A stretch of 26,247 nucleotides of DNA, taken from the NCBI RefSeq assembly GCF_006345805.1, contig NW_021835623.1:1-26247 (forward strand). Reading direction: 5' to 3'. The position numbers were made by a program, and so were the translations under genes. The stretch's first letter is position 1. Every line of letters begins with the position of its first letter. The DNA is from Octopus sinensis. Taxonomy: Eukaryota. Of the stretch, positions 22,063 through 26,247 are shown one piece after another. Under the pieces are notes generated by a model. It had not been told where the DNA came from and did no database searches. It saw only the letters and a program-made list of their open reading frames with translations.

Positions 22063-22519
22063 CATTTGCAAAGCGTTACATTTACAATTCCGTGAGTAAT
22101 ATCTATGTATGTACAGTTATTTGTCAGATAATTTCACCCCATTTCTACGTTTCTATGTATCCATCCATATATCGTTTTGCTGTGTTCCAATCCTTGTATA
22201 AATCAATATTCCATTTGCCTGCTTATCCATATTTGCCTACCTGCCTATTTGCCCATTCATCAGACTCTCCATCGATCTTTCTGTATGTTTCCCAATCTTT
22301 TTCGCTTCATCTCTCAGTATAGTTAAATATTAAAACTCATATTGTCTGATATACGAATCTGGCATTTTTGATATTTCATCATTTAAACTCAATATTTCTC
22401 GTACTTGGACACATTCACTGCCATGACCACGCGCGCATGCACACACACACACACATATCAAATCTTTAAATTCTTTAAATTGTTTCAGTTTTAAAGCTGC
22501 GGACATGATGGGGCACCAC

Positions 22520-23628
22520 CAATATCTGTGCTATATCATTATTTGAAACCTCTGATATGTAGCATTTGGTGAATGATGGAGTTGGATGCTGCTGCCCTTA
22601 TCTGTGTTTCCTGAGGTGAGGTAGGCTCATCTAGAACCCTTGACAGGAGAAGGTCCAGTTTTGTTTTGAAGACACTTACATCCACACCATGCAGGCCCCT
22701 CGGGTATTTTGGAAGGATACTGAAGAGAGTGGGCCCTTGAAGCCCAAGCTGTTGCAGTATCTTGTCCTGTATTTTGATTGTGGTGCTAGGATCTTTGGCA
22801 CTATGTAGTGGCGCCCCGTTCTGCTGTTTGTGTAACTTTCAATGCCAAAGTTGTAACAAGGCCTTCAGGATTTTCCAGTTGTATATAACTGCATATCTTT
22901 CCAGCCTTCGTTCTTGGGAGAAGAGTTTTAATTTTTTTTCAGCCTTTCCCAATAGCTGATATATTACATTGAGAAGATTTTTTTCGTGTAGCTTCGTGGG
23001 ATGGCTTCGAGTTCCGCTGTTAATTTTATACTGTGAGGTCACAGTTGAGAACAGTAGTCCGTGCGGCTGAGGACATATGCCCTCCAAAGGACCACCATAG
23101 TTTCCTTTTCTCACGTTTTGAAAGTTCGGAGGATCCATCCAGCTAGCCGTCTGCATTTTATTAGCAAATTAATAACATACACCTGGAAAGATGCATCATT
23201 ACTCATGTCAGTGCCCAGGTCATGCACTGATTTTGATTCAGGGGTTGCAATTTCTCCCGGGCCAGTATATCTTGTTTGCATGTCGATCGATTTCGTATGC
23301 TCGTAGTGCAGGGCTTGGAATTTTCTTGCATTAAACTGAATGTTGTTGTCCTCAGCCCACCTGTATATTGCGTCCAGCTCCCGTTGCAGATGCGCAATAT
23401 TTCCAGGATTTGTATTTTCTGAGCGGCTTTTGTGTCATACGCATAGCTAGGGCATATCTGAGCGAGTCACTATAAACAGCAGTCATCCTAAGACAGTACT
23501 CTGCGGAACATCGCTTACTATTTGTGTTTCTTTTAAGGTGGCTCCATTGGCCACCACTACCTGACGTCTAACTTTTAGAAAGTCGTGTAGCCACTCTCCA
23601 AGTTTTCCGACAATACCGAGATCCACAT
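22520..23628 (-). mobile_element. 5'-truncated CR1/L2-group LINE (RT C-half to 3' end), degraded
   Basis: LGIVGKLGEWLHDFLKVRRQVVVANG...SDVPQSTVLG; LQRELDAIYRWAEDNNIQFNARKFQAL; RDLG.DMS.DASF; DYCSQ; ERLKKLKLFSQERRLERYAVIY.WKIL. Confidence 0.85.
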
Positions 23629-23729
23629 TCATATATATACACACATATGTATGCGTATATATATAGACACATATATATACACGTATATACTTACATACAT
23701 ACATATATAACATATGTATAATATATATA

Positions 23730-23772
<43 letters not shown>

Positions 23773-25011
23773 CCTCATACAATATATACATTATTATATT
23801 GAATACACATCTTTATACCATGTATACGGTTTATATATATTCTCTAAACATACTACATAAATATATATATTTGTATATATAGTTAGTATATATAAATATA
23901 TGGATGTGAGTGTGTGTTCAAAGTCATTATGTAACACGCCATACAACATATTATTTAATTAATCCTGAATATGATTTCATTGCAAACCTTATTTAAAAAA
24001 ATATTCACAGGTTATAAACCTGGTTCAAAATTTTCTTTACGATGGTTATTGGAAATATAACTAGGTGTAGTTACAAATTTTAGCGGTTTAAAAAGTTCTA
24101 TGGAAACGCAAAATTAATTTTCCACGCGAATATTTTTATAGCAGCACGTGTCAAATGATGAGATAATGCGAAATTCTATCATCTACGTGGTTCTTGTACA
24201 GCCTCTGCATTGGATTTGGTTAACAGTTTATACCAAAAGTTGTTGCCGCTCATCCGATTCGATGAGTTTGATGTTAAGGAATTGTTTTGTTCTTTGCTAT
24301 TATCCTTATTTTGTATTTTGCTTTTGTTTTTGTTGTTTTTCACGTTGTCGTAAGATATAAACTTAGATAAACTTAGATAAACTTAGATATGTTTCGACCA
24401 AAGATTGGTCCAGGCCATGTCTAACTTAATAGCACCACCTGATAGGATTATTCGAATCCTGTTTAAGTAGTGAGTTCTTGTTGGGTGAGTTGTATCCAAT
24501 TATAGTAAATGAAGAAAGATTAAAATTTCTGACTATATTCTTAAAGATAACTAATGCAAGATTATGATCTGTCTGGATGATTTTCAATGTTTTATTGAGC
24601 TTCCTTCGGTGAACATAACAGAAACCTTTTAGAAATTTGAATTCACCATGATATAAACATATGCCTTTAGGTTTTCAACTCGATGATCGACAACAACTTT
24701 CTAAGCATGAACATTTCCTTACCAAGCTATCGACTGCATTTCAAACAAACATGATACAACTTTCTGTAAGTACATTTAGGGCTTTAAAGATAAACATAGG
24801 TTTCGCTATCAAAACTACAAATCATCAATTGTGCAAAACTGTATTTTGCATGAAGTGGCTTCAATAATCATTGAATATCTAGTAAATACACGATATAGTT
24901 TCATACTAGCTACATTCTTTACAAAAATTCAAAATTAACACTGTCATGTTGTCAGTGTTATATATATACATCACTCTTATAAATTAACACTGTTATATAT
25001 ATATATATATA

Positions 25012-25400
25012 TACGAGAAAAAAAGCAACAAGAATAGATTAGTTTTTTAGTACAATTGTTTCATACAAAGACAGGCTTTATTAAAAGCTGCAAATATTGC
25101 AGCAAATACAAGTGTCCCGTACTCATCAGCTAAAACACATATGAGTTCTCCAAACATCTTAGTGGGTGAGGCTACACTCATGAAGTATCGGAGATAATTT
25201 TATAAAAAGCAAATTCAGGTTGTAAGCGGACTTCCAAAGTTCTTTAATGATGATGCACAGTCTAATCACAGGTTTTAAAAAAGCTTATTAGCTTCACAGA
25301 GTAGATGAATCAATCCATAATGTAGGTGCAAATTTCCAGAGATATGAGGAGATATTTCATACTCACAGACGATGAATCTATCCATAATTAATCCACAATG
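25012..25400 (-). mobile_element. Putative Penelope-like terminal-repeat fragment carrying an HHR, abutting (TA)n
   Basis: HHR at 25044-25136 ends ~30 nt from the (TA)n at ~24995-25011. The right boundary is uncertain. Confidence 0.5.
25044..25136 (-). ncRNA. Type I hammerhead ribozyme with long stem II insertion
   Basis: Minus strand: TTTTAG-CTGATGA-GTAC...(internal hairpin GCTGCA atatt TGCAGC)...GTAT-GAAA-C aatt G-TA-CTAAAA. Intact core, GUA site, predicted cleavage between 25051 and 25050. Confidence 0.82.
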
Positions 25401-25703
25401 AGGTGGGTATAATTTCATGCTATATGATAAGATACTTGTCACACTACTGTTCCCTTCACAAAACTGCTATGTTAGAATTTCTAAAAGCTGAAGGAATTTT
25501 GTGGAGCAAAGAAAAGAAAAGGAAAGAAAAAGAGAAAGAAAAAAAGAAAAGAAAAAAAGAAAAGAAAGAAAGAAAAAGAAAAAGAAGAGGAGGAAAAATC
25601 ACCCCACATTATTGTATGGTTAATACCATATAGTTTTCTGGTGCATCTTAAGTACCGCATTCAAGTGAATTCCATTAGAACTGACTTGAATCTTAATTGC
25701 TTT

Positions 25704-25706
<3 letters not shown>

Positions 25707-25789
<83 letters not shown>

Positions 25790-26020
25790 TATGTATATAT
25801 ATGTATATAATATATATGTATGTATATATATATTTATGTATATATATATATATGTATGTATGTATATATATATAGGTATGTATATATATATATATGTATA
25901 TATATAAGTATATATATATATGTATATATATATATATAAGTATATATATAAGATATATATATATATGAATATATATATATAATATATATTATATAATATA
26001 TATATATATATATATATATG
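25707..26020. repeat. (TA)n-rich tract
   Basis: Direct reading. Confidence 0.95.
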
Positions 26021-26149
26021 CAAAACTGTCCGATGAATACTTTTGCTGCTTTTTAATAAACCATTTTACTTTACTCTACCTCTGGTATTCGAGTACTATT
26101 TTTCCACTTTGTTTCCGAATTTATGTGCTTACTCTGGTGTGTGAGTGTA

Positions 26150-26247
26150 TATATGCATGCATGCATGCATGCATGCATGCATGTATGTATGTATGTATGT
26201 ATGTATGTATGTATGTATGTATGTATGTATGTATGTATGTATGTAGG
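26150..26247. repeat. (TGCA)n-(TGTA)n microsatellite
   Basis: Direct reading. Confidence 0.95.

Noticed and set aside
24356-24425. Three 10-bp repeats (ATAAACTTAG) plus a minus-strand CTG-GACCAA/TTGGTC-GAAA-CATATC hammerhead-like remnant
   Set aside because: The core lacks ANGA and stems I and III are not convincing. The repeat is too short and spacer-free to be CRISPR-like.
26020-26145. Segment after (TA)n starting gcaaaactgtccgatgaatac, possibly another PLE terminus
   Set aside because: No complete HHR core, ORF remnant or second copy in the window.

Overview
Repeat-dominated, AT-rich metazoan non-coding DNA, with no supportable host-gene exon. The SINE sequences match my recollection of Octopus families, which I have not checked against a database. 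Nearly all long ORFs in the track are microsatellite artefacts. Contents: many SINE copies, an internally deleted mariner with TIRs, a 5'-truncated RTE LINE with an 11-bp TSD, a degraded R4/Dong-like LINE 5' part, a CR1/L2-group LINE 3' part, and four copies of a ~540-bp non-coding element sitting in (TTA)n tracts. The main discovery is a set of hammerhead-ribozyme (HHR) repeats beside (TA)n tracts. A young element at 11105-12041 is built from a 353-bp non-coding unit (inverted copy + full unit + partial unit) and carries three perfect minimal type I HHRs, i.e. a retrozyme or non-autonomous Penelope-like candidate that could give a 353-nt circRNA. An older unrelated family at 10477-11022 has the same architecture and a decayed HHR. 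A third HHR with a long stem II lies at 25044-25136, and a decayed Penelope-like GIY-YIG relic lies near 20640-21060.
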